Shown: positions 1 through 9,322, counted from the stretch's first letter. The stretch is DNA of 20,088 bases from an uncultured bacterium (GCA_965371515.1 CBDUYR010000049.1:1-20088), one strand, 5' to 3'. Made by a program: numbers and translations. Notes: generated by a model from the sequence alone, not told the origin.

Positions 1-22
1 GAATCCTTTGAGGATTTTCTTC

Positions 23-58
23 GGAGGCCGGGGTTCGATCCCCGGCCTCCTTTTTTTT
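23..58 (+). terminator. Rho-independent terminator of an upstream gene outside the window
   Basis: Perfect 11-bp stem GGAGGCCGGGG (23-33) / CCCCGGCCTCC (40-50), 6-nt loop TTCGAT, followed by T8 (51-58). Confidence 0.9.
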
Positions 59-173
59 GCTGTCTTTCGCCCATTTTCAGGCGGCGTTCCAGAGGTCGAA
101 CGGTCGATCGGACGGATCAGGTCGCCGGGCATCGGAAACAGATACTCCGATGGGTTGAACACCCCGAAATATA

Positions 174-203
174 TTGACATGCGGATTTCCAGATACATAT
201 ATT
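174..203 (+). promoter_or_regulatory. Putative sigma70-type promoter of the lipoprotein operon
   Basis: TTGACA (174-179), 18-nt spacer, TATATT (198-203), in an AT-rich patch about 70 nt upstream of the start codon. Confidence 0.65.
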
Positions 204-210
204 ATATGTA
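194..210. promoter_or_regulatory. Perfect 8-1-8 inverted repeat, candidate repressor operator over the -10 box
   Basis: TACATATA-T-TATATGTA; the two arms are exact reverse complements. Confidence 0.5.
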
Positions 211-270
211 GGTTAGGAGAGATATTAAGAAAAATATATCCTTACGAAATAGTCCCAAAGAAGGGTGAAA

Positions 271-2220
271 ATGAAACGTTTCAACTTCAGGAATATCATA
301 GGATTACTTATGCTTTCGGTCCTGGTCGTGCTTGTCCTGCTGCCCGCTTGCAGACAGGAACAGGATCCCCTCGACAGGAACAGGGCGCCGGAAACTTTCC
401 TCACGGTTGCTCCTCCGGAGACCACCAATGCCGAATACAGAGTCCACCTTTACTGGAATGGAGAGGACAAGGACGGCATTGTGACCCAATTCATGTGGTA
501 TCGCTCGGATACTCTGCGAACGCTCAGGCCCGATCTCGATCCTGAGCTCGAGCTGCTCGACTGGAATCCCGAGGCCAGGAAGAGCGATTATGAGGCGGGA
601 ACGTTTACCACAACTAACGACACGGTGATCGTCTTTACCGGGTTCGACATCACGACGGGTGCGATGCTCAACAGGCAGGCGTTCCACATCGTCGCCGTTG
701 ATGACGGCGGGAAGATGGATCAGACACCGGCGAGGGTTCAGTTCTTTGCAAAGGTCAACTGCATCCCCGAGGTCGATTTCTGGTACGAAAGTGAAACAAT
801 ACCATACAAGCATTACATTCCCGGAAGTATCGACACGATCAGCATGTTCGAGCCTTTCTGCGTCGCATTTGTCGGAAACACGTGCAACAACATGATCAGT
901 GGATACCAGTGGATCTACGGCGGCAGAATATATCCCGACTTCAACGGCGACGGCATTCCGGACTGGCACATTCCAACATACGATCCGCCTGAGACTGTGC
1001 AGGTATGCATGGAAAACCAGGGCGCAGCAAGGATCTCAGAGGGTGATTTCTACTTCAGGGTAACGGCGAGAGACGAGGCGGGAGCAAGATCAAGAGCCGA
1101 TATTGTAACCGGCGAGGGCGTTTTCCAGATCGTCGTCAACCATGACCCCGACACGAGGATCCTGTTCGGAGAGAGTTTTTATACAGACAAGGCGGGCAAT
1201 CCGCACGAGGAAACGATTAACTTCAGCGACGACGAACCCGATACGCTGCCGTACAACTCGAGACTGAGGATGCACTATCTCGGCTGGGACGATGCGAGAG
1301 ACAGCCTTGAATTTACAGATCCGCCGATCCCGATGAGGTTCCAGTTCAAATTCGAGCGCTGGGGATACGGCCTGAGCGGCGGCGTCTCGAGCCACAAGCC
1401 TGCCTGGATGCCTGAAAAGAAAGCGGAGGATACGAACTGTAACACCGACGAGGATTCGATGACGATGATGATCGGTCCGTACGACTATCTCTTCCTCGCC
1501 AAGTCCTTCGACGAACAGTACAGGTACGACCATACGCCCGATACTGTTTCGTTCGTGGGTAATTTCCCGCCGACTATCGACAATATATCCATCGCATACG
1601 ATTCGATACCGTCCTTGCCTGATCTGTATCTTGAGAAGATAAAGGGCGACACTGTTTTTATCGCGATCGGCATGCCGAGGGCGACCAGAGATGAGCTAGA
1701 CTACGTCCCCGCTGCCAGTAGCGAACCGGATGCGGAAAACCAGGTATGGAACCTGATCTACAGGCTCTATATAATGGGCGGAGGGCGAGACGATCACAGG
1801 GATCCACCGGGATCCGCAGTAAGGGCCTGGTGGTACTCGATCGTGGGGGAAGAGGAGGATTATTACTTCCGCGGTGAGGAAGAGTGGCTGATGGATTTTG
1901 AACCGGATACGATGATGCAGGAAATAACTTTCAGGCTCGTCGTCCCAATGGATCCGGAAACTTCCCTTCCCGATCCGGCGTTTGTCGACACTCCGCCACT
2001 CTGGATGGGAAACCAGGATCTGACCGTAATCGCATCGGACTTCCACGCCTCGTCTATCTTTATCGAGGCTATCAGGGGTAAAAGCCCCGAATTTGTCGAC
2101 AACGATCCCTGCCAGGTGCGCATCTCTGAGGGCAGCTGGATCGTCCAGGATAGGGGCGTTGCCAACTACGCCAGGATATATACGTACAACGGCTGGTTCT
2201 ACATAAAGCTGGTGTACTAG
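271..2220 (+). CDS. Large acidic lipoprotein of unknown function with repeated Ig/FN3-like beta-sandwich modules
   Basis: Long ORF. ATG 271 follows GAAGGGTG (GTG 265 is an alternative start). Signal MKRFNFRNIIGLLMLSVLVVLVLLPA-C has a lipobox. Recurrent motifs: NxxPxT...h(Y)WxGxDxDG...FxVxAxD..G..D.TP. Confidence 0.8.
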   Translation: MKRFNFRNIIGLLMLSVLVVLVLLPACRQEQDPLDRNRAPETFLTVAPPETTNAEYRVHLYWNGEDKDGIVTQFMWYRSDTLRTLRPDLDPELELLDWNPEARKSDYEAGTFTTTNDTVIVFTGFDITTGAMLNRQAFHIVAVDDGGKMDQTPARVQFFAKVNCIPEVDFWYESETIPYKHYIPGSIDTISMFEPFCVAFVGNTCNNMISGYQWIYGGRIYPDFNGDGIPDWHIPTYDPPETVQVCMENQGAARISEGDFYFRVTARDEAGARSRADIVTGEGVFQIVVNHDPDTRILFGESFYTDKAGNPHEETINFSDDEPDTLPYNSRLRMHYLGWDDARDSLEFTDPPIPMRFQFKFERWGYGLSGGVSSHKPAWMPEKKAEDTNCNTDEDSMTMMIGPYDYLFLAKSFDEQYRYDHTPDTVSFVGNFPPTIDNISIAYDSIPSLPDLYLEKIKGDTVFIAIGMPRATRDELDYVPAASSEPDAENQVWNLIYRLYIMGGGRDDHRDPPGSAVRAWWYSIVGEEEDYYFRGEEEWLMDFEPDTMMQEITFRLVVPMDPETSLPDPAFVDTPPLWMGNQDLTVIASDFHASSIFIEAIRGKSPEFVDNDPCQVRISEGSWIVQDRGVANYARIYTYNGWFYIKLVY

Positions 2221-2283
2221 GGATGATACGTGACGACCGGGCCTGAGGGTGCGATTCCCGGGTCTCAGGAGGTTGAAAGTCAA

Positions 2284-4548
2284 ATGCGAAAAACTCTGCT
2301 TTATGTGACGATTATCTCATTCCTGGCCGTGGCCGCGCTGCTGGCGGGTTGTTCTAACGGCGTCTATACGGGAGAATCGGATCAGAACGATGCTCCCGAG
2401 ATATGGCTCTCGAGCGGTCCCGTCGAGGGCGACACGACCGGATACCAGGTCCATTTCTACTGGAGTGGTTGGGATCCCGACGGGGAGATAGCGTATTTCG
2501 AATTCGTGGTGAGTGAGGGAGATCCTATCGGGTTCAATCCCGCCGATACGACGGGGATCGACAGCTGGAGCACCACCGTGGTCCATGACAGTGTTTTCCA
2601 CGTTCCCGCCGACGATCTAGTCGGAGATTGGGAAGAGGACCCTTCTTACACGCTATACGACAAGACCCATACGTTCTTCATAAGGGCGGTCGATCTGGAG
2701 GGAAAGAGATCGAAAGCGGCGCAGAGGTCATTTACAGCCTGGACCCTCGCTCCGACCGTACAGATTGATAAACCGAGCGATGCAACGACGACGTACAGCA
2801 CCGTGATTACCTTCGGATGGACCGGCACAGACCCGATCGACGGCCCTAATAACATTCAGGATCCCGATTCGATCCGCTACATGTGGTCGCAGGTCGTCGA
2901 CAAGGATGGTAATTACGACGGGACTTTCCAAATACTCAACGATCTAAACGAGAATCCCGAGGACTATGAGCATATGTGGGGTCCGTGGATCTTCTATCGA
3001 GCTGAGGGGGATTCCGGCAGGGAGACCACAATCGGCGACGACGAGATCCTCGAGCTTACCAAGAGCCATATATTTGTACTGATGGCCAAGGACGACGCGG
3101 GGGCAGTGACCGCGACGTTTGCGAAGAGTACGAACTTCAGGCAGTTTCTCGTATCGGATAAAACCGGTCCGAAACTCGTTGTGACAGAGAAATATCTCGG
3201 CAGCAACGGGTTCCAGGGAACGGACTATAACTACGTTCAGAACGATCTCCCTCCAGGTGTGCCATTGAACTTCTGGTGGGACGCAACGGCGGATGACTAT
3301 GGCGGCGAGATCCAGAGCTACAGGTACGGCTGGGATGTCCAGCAGCTGGACGATCCCTCCCAGTGGGCCGTCACAGCGAGTCCGTTCATTAAAACGGCTG
3401 AGCCGAAGACGTATTACTCGGGAATTCACAGGTTCCTGGTGGAGGTAGTCGACAACGGCCAGAAGATCACTTACGGGAAAATAGAGATCACGATCATACC
3501 GTTCTCCATGGAGAGGAATCTTCTGTGGGTCGACGATTATCCGCTCGGAGCCTTCATTCCGCAGATGACCGATCCTTCCGAAGAAGTGCACGATGCATTC
3601 TGGATAGACATATGCGGGAAGACACCTGATTTCATTCCTGACAGGGACATCTACGATGTATCGTCGCAGAATAAAAGGCCGCCCGAGATGAGGCAGATCG
3701 GGCAGTATGCTAACATCATCTGGACGTACAGCTCGTCGATCAACACGGCTTGGCGCAAGCTGATTCCGTTCACTCCGGAGACAATGGCCGGGGAGGGAGT
3801 TACGCTCACGGTCAATTACTTGTCACTATACCTCGCAAAGGGCGGGCACCTGCTTACGTCGGGCAGGGCCGACAGGTCAGGAGGATTGGTAGACGCGTTC
3901 CTTTCGGCACCGCTGCTTCCCGCATCGTTCAAGGACGAGATGTCGACTATCGATCCCGAAGATACAAGCGGAGTCAACTCGATGCCGTACAAGGACTACT
4001 GCGTCAGAGTGGTCGACAAAGTCTTGGGTCAGTTCTACGCCGGCGACGAGATGGCGCCGGGTTATACCCGGTCTATTGAAAGGGATGTCCTGAGGTATAT
4101 GTTCAAGGAGACCGGTGTCAGTGGAGAAGGCGGAATAGTGGATTATCCAGGCTTTCCCGATACGCTGAATCTCGATGAAATAGTGACGTGTCCTACCTGT
4201 TTCTTCAATCTGCAGAATCCGGTTCCGGGGGGATTCACTTACGTAGAGGTGTATGATCCGGAGTACTGGATGGTATTCAAGGATATAGTCGATTCGCAGA
4301 ACTGTTTCAGGCCGATGTACAGGATGGTTGCGCGCTCGACGATTTCGCCGCTCGACCAGCAGACGATCGCCTTAATTATCAATAAGTACAGAATAAGCTT
4401 CGAGGATGATATCGCGGCCGGCAAGCCGGTCACCATTCATCCGGCGGACAGCTTCCATTTCGGGTTTCCTTTGTGGTTCTTTGAACACGACAAGGTCTAT
4501 CAGATCATGGACGAAATATTTGCCGAGTGGCAAATTCTGGATGAATAG
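2284..4548 (+). CDS. Large acidic lipoprotein, related to the upstream gene; Ig/FN3-like repeats plus a C-terminal alpha/beta domain
   Basis: AGGAGG at 2267-2272 precedes ATG 2284. Lipobox LAGC. N-terminal module NDAPEIWLSSGP...VHFYWSGWDPDG matches NRAPETFLTVAP...VHLYWNGEDKDG of the upstream gene. C-terminal LLWVDD...YANIIW...YLAKGGHLLTSG pattern. Confidence 0.8.
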   Translation: MRKTLLYVTIISFLAVAALLAGCSNGVYTGESDQNDAPEIWLSSGPVEGDTTGYQVHFYWSGWDPDGEIAYFEFVVSEGDPIGFNPADTTGIDSWSTTVVHDSVFHVPADDLVGDWEEDPSYTLYDKTHTFFIRAVDLEGKRSKAAQRSFTAWTLAPTVQIDKPSDATTTYSTVITFGWTGTDPIDGPNNIQDPDSIRYMWSQVVDKDGNYDGTFQILNDLNENPEDYEHMWGPWIFYRAEGDSGRETTIGDDEILELTKSHIFVLMAKDDAGAVTATFAKSTNFRQFLVSDKTGPKLVVTEKYLGSNGFQGTDYNYVQNDLPPGVPLNFWWDATADDYGGEIQSYRYGWDVQQLDDPSQWAVTASPFIKTAEPKTYYSGIHRFLVEVVDNGQKITYGKIEITIIPFSMERNLLWVDDYPLGAFIPQMTDPSEEVHDAFWIDICGKTPDFIPDRDIYDVSSQNKRPPEMRQIGQYANIIWTYSSSINTAWRKLIPFTPETMAGEGVTLTVNYLSLYLAKGGHLLTSGRADRSGGLVDAFLSAPLLPASFKDEMSTIDPEDTSGVNSMPYKDYCVRVVDKVLGQFYAGDEMAPGYTRSIERDVLRYMFKETGVSGEGGIVDYPGFPDTLNLDEIVTCPTCFFNLQNPVPGGFTYVEVYDPEYWMVFKDIVDSQNCFRPMYRMVARSTISPLDQQTIALIINKYRISFEDDIAAGKPVTIHPADSFHFGFPLWFFEHDKVYQIMDEIFAEWQILDE

Positions 4549-4593
4549 AATACACGACCGATCGCCCTTTCCCGGGGATGATAAGGAGGAGTA

Positions 4594-5928
4594 GTGATTT
4601 CCATTCGTTGGGTCAGAATTTTCTTGTTATTTGCAGTTCTGGCTACCGGTATGTGTGGGTCAGCGAGGGCTCAGAGCGAGATAGATACGATGGTGCTCGT
4701 GCCACAGGCACCCGATTCGTTTTATGTGGAGAGGAGGGGTTCGGATATCGTCATTGGCTGGTATCCTCCTCCTGACAGCACCGGTAAGGTGATAGGCTCG
4801 AGGGACTATACGAACTGGTACGGAGAGCACACTGCCGGCGACGGGGTCGAGATCTCCTTCTCAGGATTCTATGCCAACGGCTGGGTCGACAGACAGGTCC
4901 TCATCGAGAAAATGAACCGGGATTCGCACGAGGTCGGTGTATCGCCCAGCATCCCGATAAGTATATCCTCGGTCGACATGTTTGACAGGACGTACCAGAA
5001 GATCGTCAACATCGGCACCGACAGCTACACGCCGGGAGACCCTATCCCGATGACACTGGTCCAGATCGGTCTGCCTCCCGGCGAGGAGCCCGATGTACTC
5101 GAGTTCGGTTTCGAGGTCCATTTCAGCACGGGGCTCATAGATACGAGTCAGTACGGGCAGGCCGCCGCGTTTTTACTCGATGTCCAGGATTTCGAGGGAT
5201 TCCACGTATGGCGGGGGCTGTCGCCGTATCCGAGCGACCAGCAGGCAATTGTCGAGATTTCGAAAGAAGATTACTTCAAGGTTTCTATCATCGATGCTAT
5301 CGAGGACGTTCCATTGAAGTGGAGGTGGCTGTGGGAGTATTTCAACGACAATATCGAACCAGCCTGGCCGCGGCAGGACGATAATGGCCACTGGTATTAC
5401 GAGTGGGTCGACGGGAATGCCTACAGCGGATTCACCTACTATTACAACGTGACGACGTTTGACAGGGGATATTTCAGGGGGTTCAATACACACAACAAGG
5501 AGGATAACTTCGTCTGTGACGAGGACCTCGACAATCCCGTGACGCCGGGGAATCCTGTGGACTGCGATAGTATGGGCATAGCGTTCGAGATGACGGTCAG
5601 CGCCGGATCGGATATGGGCAAGATATACGCTGTTCCCAATCCGTACCGTACGGGGACCTCTGAAGAGACGACGCCGTACTATCACAACTATCCCGACAGG
5701 ATGATCAAGTTCTTCAACGTGCCGCGTGAGGCTCAGATCAAGATTTTCACCGTTTCGGGGGACCTCATATGGGAGGGGTCGCATTACAGCGCCGACGGCA
5801 GCGACGGAATTGTAAACTGGAACGTGAAGAACAAGAAAGGCCAGGATGTGAGTTCGGGCGTTTACGTATTCAGGGTGGAATCGGCCAACGGGGACGATAT
5901 GTACGGCAGGATAGTGGTGATTCGCTGA
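4594..5928 (+). CDS. Secreted protein with an FN3-like region and a C-terminal FlgD-Ig/T9SS-CTD-like domain
   Basis: AAGGAGGA RBS before GTG 4594. Sec signal ends ARA-Q. FN3-like pattern DFEGFHVWR...WVD...GFTYYYNVTTFD. C-terminus IYAVPNPY...IKIFTVSGDLI...WNVKNKKGQDVSSGVYVFRV...IVVIR. Confidence 0.8.
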   Translation: MISIRWVRIFLLFAVLATGMCGSARAQSEIDTMVLVPQAPDSFYVERRGSDIVIGWYPPPDSTGKVIGSRDYTNWYGEHTAGDGVEISFSGFYANGWVDRQVLIEKMNRDSHEVGVSPSIPISISSVDMFDRTYQKIVNIGTDSYTPGDPIPMTLVQIGLPPGEEPDVLEFGFEVHFSTGLIDTSQYGQAAAFLLDVQDFEGFHVWRGLSPYPSDQQAIVEISKEDYFKVSIIDAIEDVPLKWRWLWEYFNDNIEPAWPRQDDNGHWYYEWVDGNAYSGFTYYYNVTTFDRGYFRGFNTHNKEDNFVCDEDLDNPVTPGNPVDCDSMGIAFEMTVSAGSDMGKIYAVPNPYRTGTSEETTPYYHNYPDRMIKFFNVPREAQIKIFTVSGDLIWEGSHYSADGSDGIVNWNVKNKKGQDVSSGVYVFRVESANGDDMYGRIVVIR

Positions 5929-5950
5929 TCCGGCCCTTTTCACGATCTTT

Positions 5951-5985
5951 AATGACCGTCCCTTAAACGGGGCGGTCATTTTTTT
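5951..5985 (+). terminator. Rho-independent terminator closing the three-gene operon
   Basis: Stem AATGACCGTCCC / GGGGCGGTCATT (one G-U pair), loop TTAAAC, running into a T tract, 22 nt after the stop codon. Confidence 0.85.
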
Positions 5986-6102
5986 CGGGTGGATGGGCAG
6001 GTTGAGGGCGAAAGCTGTGAGGGGGTTGACATGGCAACGTCTTTCGTTCAGAATCCTGTCCGGAACGATTCGACGAAGCCATTGGACCGACAGGTGGTGA
6101 TC

Positions 6103-7023
6103 ATGCTCAGGACTAACAAGCAGTATCTGGTAGAGAAGGCCGTTTCCGGAAAAGTGTCGAATCCAAGGATTCCGCTGAAGAATCCGTGGCTGATCGATCC
6201 CGGCGGAGAGCCGCACGTGATGCCCGGCACGGGGGGGATCACGTACAACGTGTCGGTCGGGGATTCAGCTCTGGATTTCGTCGGTGACCATATCGAGCCG
6301 GGGGTCAGTGTGACCCTGAAGACATCAGATGCGGAGAGAAGTGTGCTCGGTGGACTCAGTATACTCACATGCGTCGGGAACGAGGCAAGGGTCATGTCGG
6401 GTCAGGTCGCTGGCGCAAGGGGCGTGGTGACTGGCAAGCACGGCGGTGTGGAGCACGTGATCATAGATTTCTCGCGTGCAACACTCGACAAACTTGCGAT
6501 AGGGGATACGATCCAGATCAGGGCATTCGGCCAGGGGCTCGAGCTAAGGGATTTCCCCGAGGTGCATATGATGAACATCGATCCGGGACTTCTCGGAAAG
6601 CTTGGCATCACCACCCGGAACAAGCAGATGGTTGTTCCTGTTACACACGTCATACCAGCCTCGATCATGGGGTCGGGGCTCGGGTCGAGGCACAGTTACA
6701 GCGGGGACTATGATATACAGCTCGGAGAGAAGGAATCGATAAGAAAGTTCGGACTGCAGAACCTGAGGATCGGCGACATCATTGCGATAAACGACGCCGA
6801 CTGCAGGTTCGGAAGATCGATGAGGTCGGGTGCGATGAGTATCGGCGTAGTCGTCCACGGAGCGTGTATAACGAGCGGGCACGGCCCGGGTGTGACCGTT
6901 CTGATGACCACGACGAGAAAGCTCATAGTTCCCAGGATAGAGGAGGGCGCGAACCTCTCAGTCTACTTTGGCACAGGCAGGGAGAAGAAGAGCGGGCGCC
7001 CGCGCAGCAGGAGAAAGCACTGA
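6103..7023 (+). CDS. DUF4438 family protein (TM_1086-like)
   Basis: Recognisable family motifs MLRTNK..LV...V.G, PGTGGITYNV.VGD, DHIEPGVS, CVGNEA, VTGKHGGVEHV, MGSGLG, GDYDI, GHGPGVT. Start placed at ATG 6103 after GGTGG rather than at the ORF-track start 5989. Confidence 0.85.
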   Translation: MLRTNKQYLVEKAVSGKVSNPRIPLKNPWLIDPGGEPHVMPGTGGITYNVSVGDSALDFVGDHIEPGVSVTLKTSDAERSVLGGLSILTCVGNEARVMSGQVAGARGVVTGKHGGVEHVIIDFSRATLDKLAIGDTIQIRAFGQGLELRDFPEVHMMNIDPGLLGKLGITTRNKQMVVPVTHVIPASIMGSGLGSRHSYSGDYDIQLGEKESIRKFGLQNLRIGDIIAINDADCRFGRSMRSGAMSIGVVVHGACITSGHGPGVTVLMTTTRKLIVPRIEEGANLSVYFGTGREKKSGRPRSRRKH

Positions 7024-7041
7024 CGAAGGAGGTACGAGTCG

Positions 7042-7587
7042 ATGCCCCAGTGGAATAAGATACTGCCGGAACTGGACTGGATCGCCGACGGCGATCTCAG
7101 GGATCTCGTTGAGAAGGTGTGGGAGGACGCTTTCCGGTTGGGAGGATGGGATGAGGAAGATCTCGATGCGATCCCGTTCACACTTCTCGTTCAGGACGCC
7201 GACATCAACCTTTTTGACCATACGAGGATCGTGACACATCTGTGCAGGCAGATTGCAGGACCGCTGAAGGAGATGCAGGGTCTCGACATAAACGACGATT
7301 ATCTCATAGCCGGCGCCCTTCTGCACGATGTTGGGAAATTGCTCGAGTACGGCAAAAAAGGCGGAGAGATCGCCGTAGCGAGGAACGGGAGGATGCTGCG
7401 TCACCCTCTTTCCGGGATGGGCCTCGCTGTGAAGTGGGATCTCCCCGAGGATGTCAGCCATATAATCGCTGTTCACTCGCGCGAGGGGGAGAGGTCGTAC
7501 CGGAGCCCCGAGGCGATCATCCTGCATCACGCCGATTTCATCATGTTCGAATCGTTCAAGAGCAGGAAAGAATTCCCCGACATCTGA
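7042..7587 (+). CDS. HD-domain metal-dependent phosphohydrolase
   Basis: AAGGAGG RBS. Motifs H(TRIV)...LLHDVGK...RHPLSG...AVHS...HHAD. Confidence 0.88.
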   Translation: MPQWNKILPELDWIADGDLRDLVEKVWEDAFRLGGWDEEDLDAIPFTLLVQDADINLFDHTRIVTHLCRQIAGPLKEMQGLDINDDYLIAGALLHDVGKLLEYGKKGGEIAVARNGRMLRHPLSGMGLAVKWDLPEDVSHIIAVHSREGERSYRSPEAIILHHADFIMFESFKSRKEFPDI

Positions 7588-7597
7588 CAGGGGAGCG

Positions 7598-9304
7598 ATG
7601 CGCATATACAAAAGGCTCGCCGCGGGATTGCTCATCTTAGTCGCCGCTGTGGCGCTCCCGGTCCCGGACCGGAACCCGGGATATGCCGGCAGTCGCGCCG
7701 AATGCGGGAGTGTCTGTGAGATCGTTCCCGTATGGATATTCTTTGACGTGCCGCCCGACGACAGCTCGGCATCTTCGCCTGAAGCCCTCGCCAGGATCTT
7801 GAAGCGGGGGGCGCCGCGTGAAAGGTCCGTCCGGCTGCACCCTCCCGCGCAAAGCTCAATAGACTGCGTCAGGCCTTTCGTCGAGCGAATAAGGCAGAGG
7901 TCGTCGTATTTCAACGCCGTAAGCGCCGATGTGAGGGTGGAAATGATACGGCGGATCATCGAACTGCCCTGCGTTGGGAAGGTCGATGCGGTAAGGATTT
8001 ACAGAAGGGCACGGGAACCTCTTCTTCCGGATAAGGAGAGAATGCCGCTGCACGCTCCGGCTTCCCCTATGATCGGAAAGTACGGCGACAGTTTCAATCA
8101 GCTCTACATGATCGAAGCAGTGGATCTCCTTGAGATGGGGTACAACGGTTCGGGTGATTCGAGCTCAGCCGGCCAGATCATGATAGGAGTCCTCGACACA
8201 GGATTCCTTCTCGACCATTACGCCTTCGACAGGCTCGACGTCCACGCTCAGTGGGATTTTGTGAACGATGATCCCGTGACCGAGAACGAGCCGGGGGATC
8301 CTCTCGACCAGGACAAACATGGGACACTCGTTTTGGGTACGATCGCGGGATACGGCGAGGGGTACCTGATCGGGCCGGCATGGGGAGCGGCCTTCCTCCT
8401 CGCTAAGACCGAGATATATGACGAGGAGATAGAGGTGGAAGAGGACAACTGGGTCGCCGGGCTGGAGTGGTGCGACAGCATAGGCGCCGACATCGTGACG
8501 AGCTCACTCGGTTACATAAAATGGTACGATTCCGATTCCCTCGACGGGGAGACGGCCCTGTGCACCAGGGCGGCGAACAGGGCTGTCTCGAGGGGCATAG
8601 TCGTCTGCAACGCCGCGGGCAACTACGGCTGGGACGGGCCGACGTCGCTGATAGCCCCGGCGGATGCGGACAGTGTAATCGCTGTAGGCGGGGTCTACGG
8701 CGACGGGAGTTTCTGGGCATCGAGTTCGAGAGGCCCGACGGCCGATGGGAGGATCAAACCCGATGTGATGGCTCAGGCGGTTTCGGTCCAGAGTGTCCTT
8801 TACCCCGTGGATTACGGGTACTGGAAGTACAGCGGCACTTCCTTTTCGACTCCCCTGGTGGCGGGATTATGTGCGCAGCTCCTCGAGATACATCCCGACT
8901 GGACCCCCATGCAGCTGAAGGATTCCCTGCTCGTTCACGCGACGAACAGCGATTCTCCCGATAACGACTTCGGCTGGGGTATCGTCAAGGGACTGGCGAC
9001 GGCGGGAATCTCCCCGGACGGCGCAGCGGGCGTATCGTTCTCGAACGGGTATCCCAATCCATTCGGGGACTCCGTCGCGTTCGACATTTATTCCGACAGG
9101 TGGACGTACGTCTCGGCACGGATCTACGACAGCTCGGGCCGTCTGGTCAGAATGCTTCTCGCCGAGGAGCCGTTCCTCTTCGGGGGAACCGTGGAGTGGG
9201 ACGGGACCAATGACGGCGGCAGACAGGCGGCAAGCGGCGTTTACTTCGTCGAGTTCATATCACCGCAGGCGAGACAAACGATGAAGGTCGTCAGGATCAG
9301 ATAG
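7598..9304 (+). CDS. Secreted subtilisin-like S8 serine peptidase with a C-terminal FlgD-Ig/T9SS-CTD-like domain
   Basis: Signal peptide and propeptide (VWIFF...YFNAVS). Catalytic triad motifs LDTG, HGT and GTSFSTP, oxyanion AAGN, and SSRGPTADGRIKPDV. C-terminus YPNPF...IYDSSGRLVR...WDGTNDGGRQAASGVYFV...KVVRIR. Confidence 0.93.
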   Translation: MRIYKRLAAGLLILVAAVALPVPDRNPGYAGSRAECGSVCEIVPVWIFFDVPPDDSSASSPEALARILKRGAPRERSVRLHPPAQSSIDCVRPFVERIRQRSSYFNAVSADVRVEMIRRIIELPCVGKVDAVRIYRRAREPLLPDKERMPLHAPASPMIGKYGDSFNQLYMIEAVDLLEMGYNGSGDSSSAGQIMIGVLDTGFLLDHYAFDRLDVHAQWDFVNDDPVTENEPGDPLDQDKHGTLVLGTIAGYGEGYLIGPAWGAAFLLAKTEIYDEEIEVEEDNWVAGLEWCDSIGADIVTSSLGYIKWYDSDSLDGETALCTRAANRAVSRGIVVCNAAGNYGWDGPTSLIAPADADSVIAVGGVYGDGSFWASSSRGPTADGRIKPDVMAQAVSVQSVLYPVDYGYWKYSGTSFSTPLVAGLCAQLLEIHPDWTPMQLKDSLLVHATNSDSPDNDFGWGIVKGLATAGISPDGAAGVSFSNGYPNPFGDSVAFDIYSDRWTYVSARIYDSSGRLVRMLLAEEPFLFGGTVEWDGTNDGGRQAASGVYFVEFISPQARQTMKVVRIR

Positions 9305-9322
9305 AAAGCTTTCCTTTTAATC

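Noticed and set aside
23..50. GGGGTTCGATCCCC resembles a tRNA/tmRNA T-arm, so it could be a tRNA fragment or att site
   Set aside because: There is no acceptor, D or anticodon arm and no CCA. The perfect 11-bp stem plus T8 is fully explained as a terminator, and no integrase is nearby.
2235..2272. Possible hairpin CCTGAG/CTCAGG partly covering the RBS of the second lipoprotein
   Set aside because: A short stem with a large loop is expected by chance at this GC content.
5173..7959. Minus-strand ORFs of 347 aa (5173-6216) and 333 aa (6958-7959)
   Set aside because: They overlap well-supported plus-strand genes (one also spans a terminator) and have no protein-family features.
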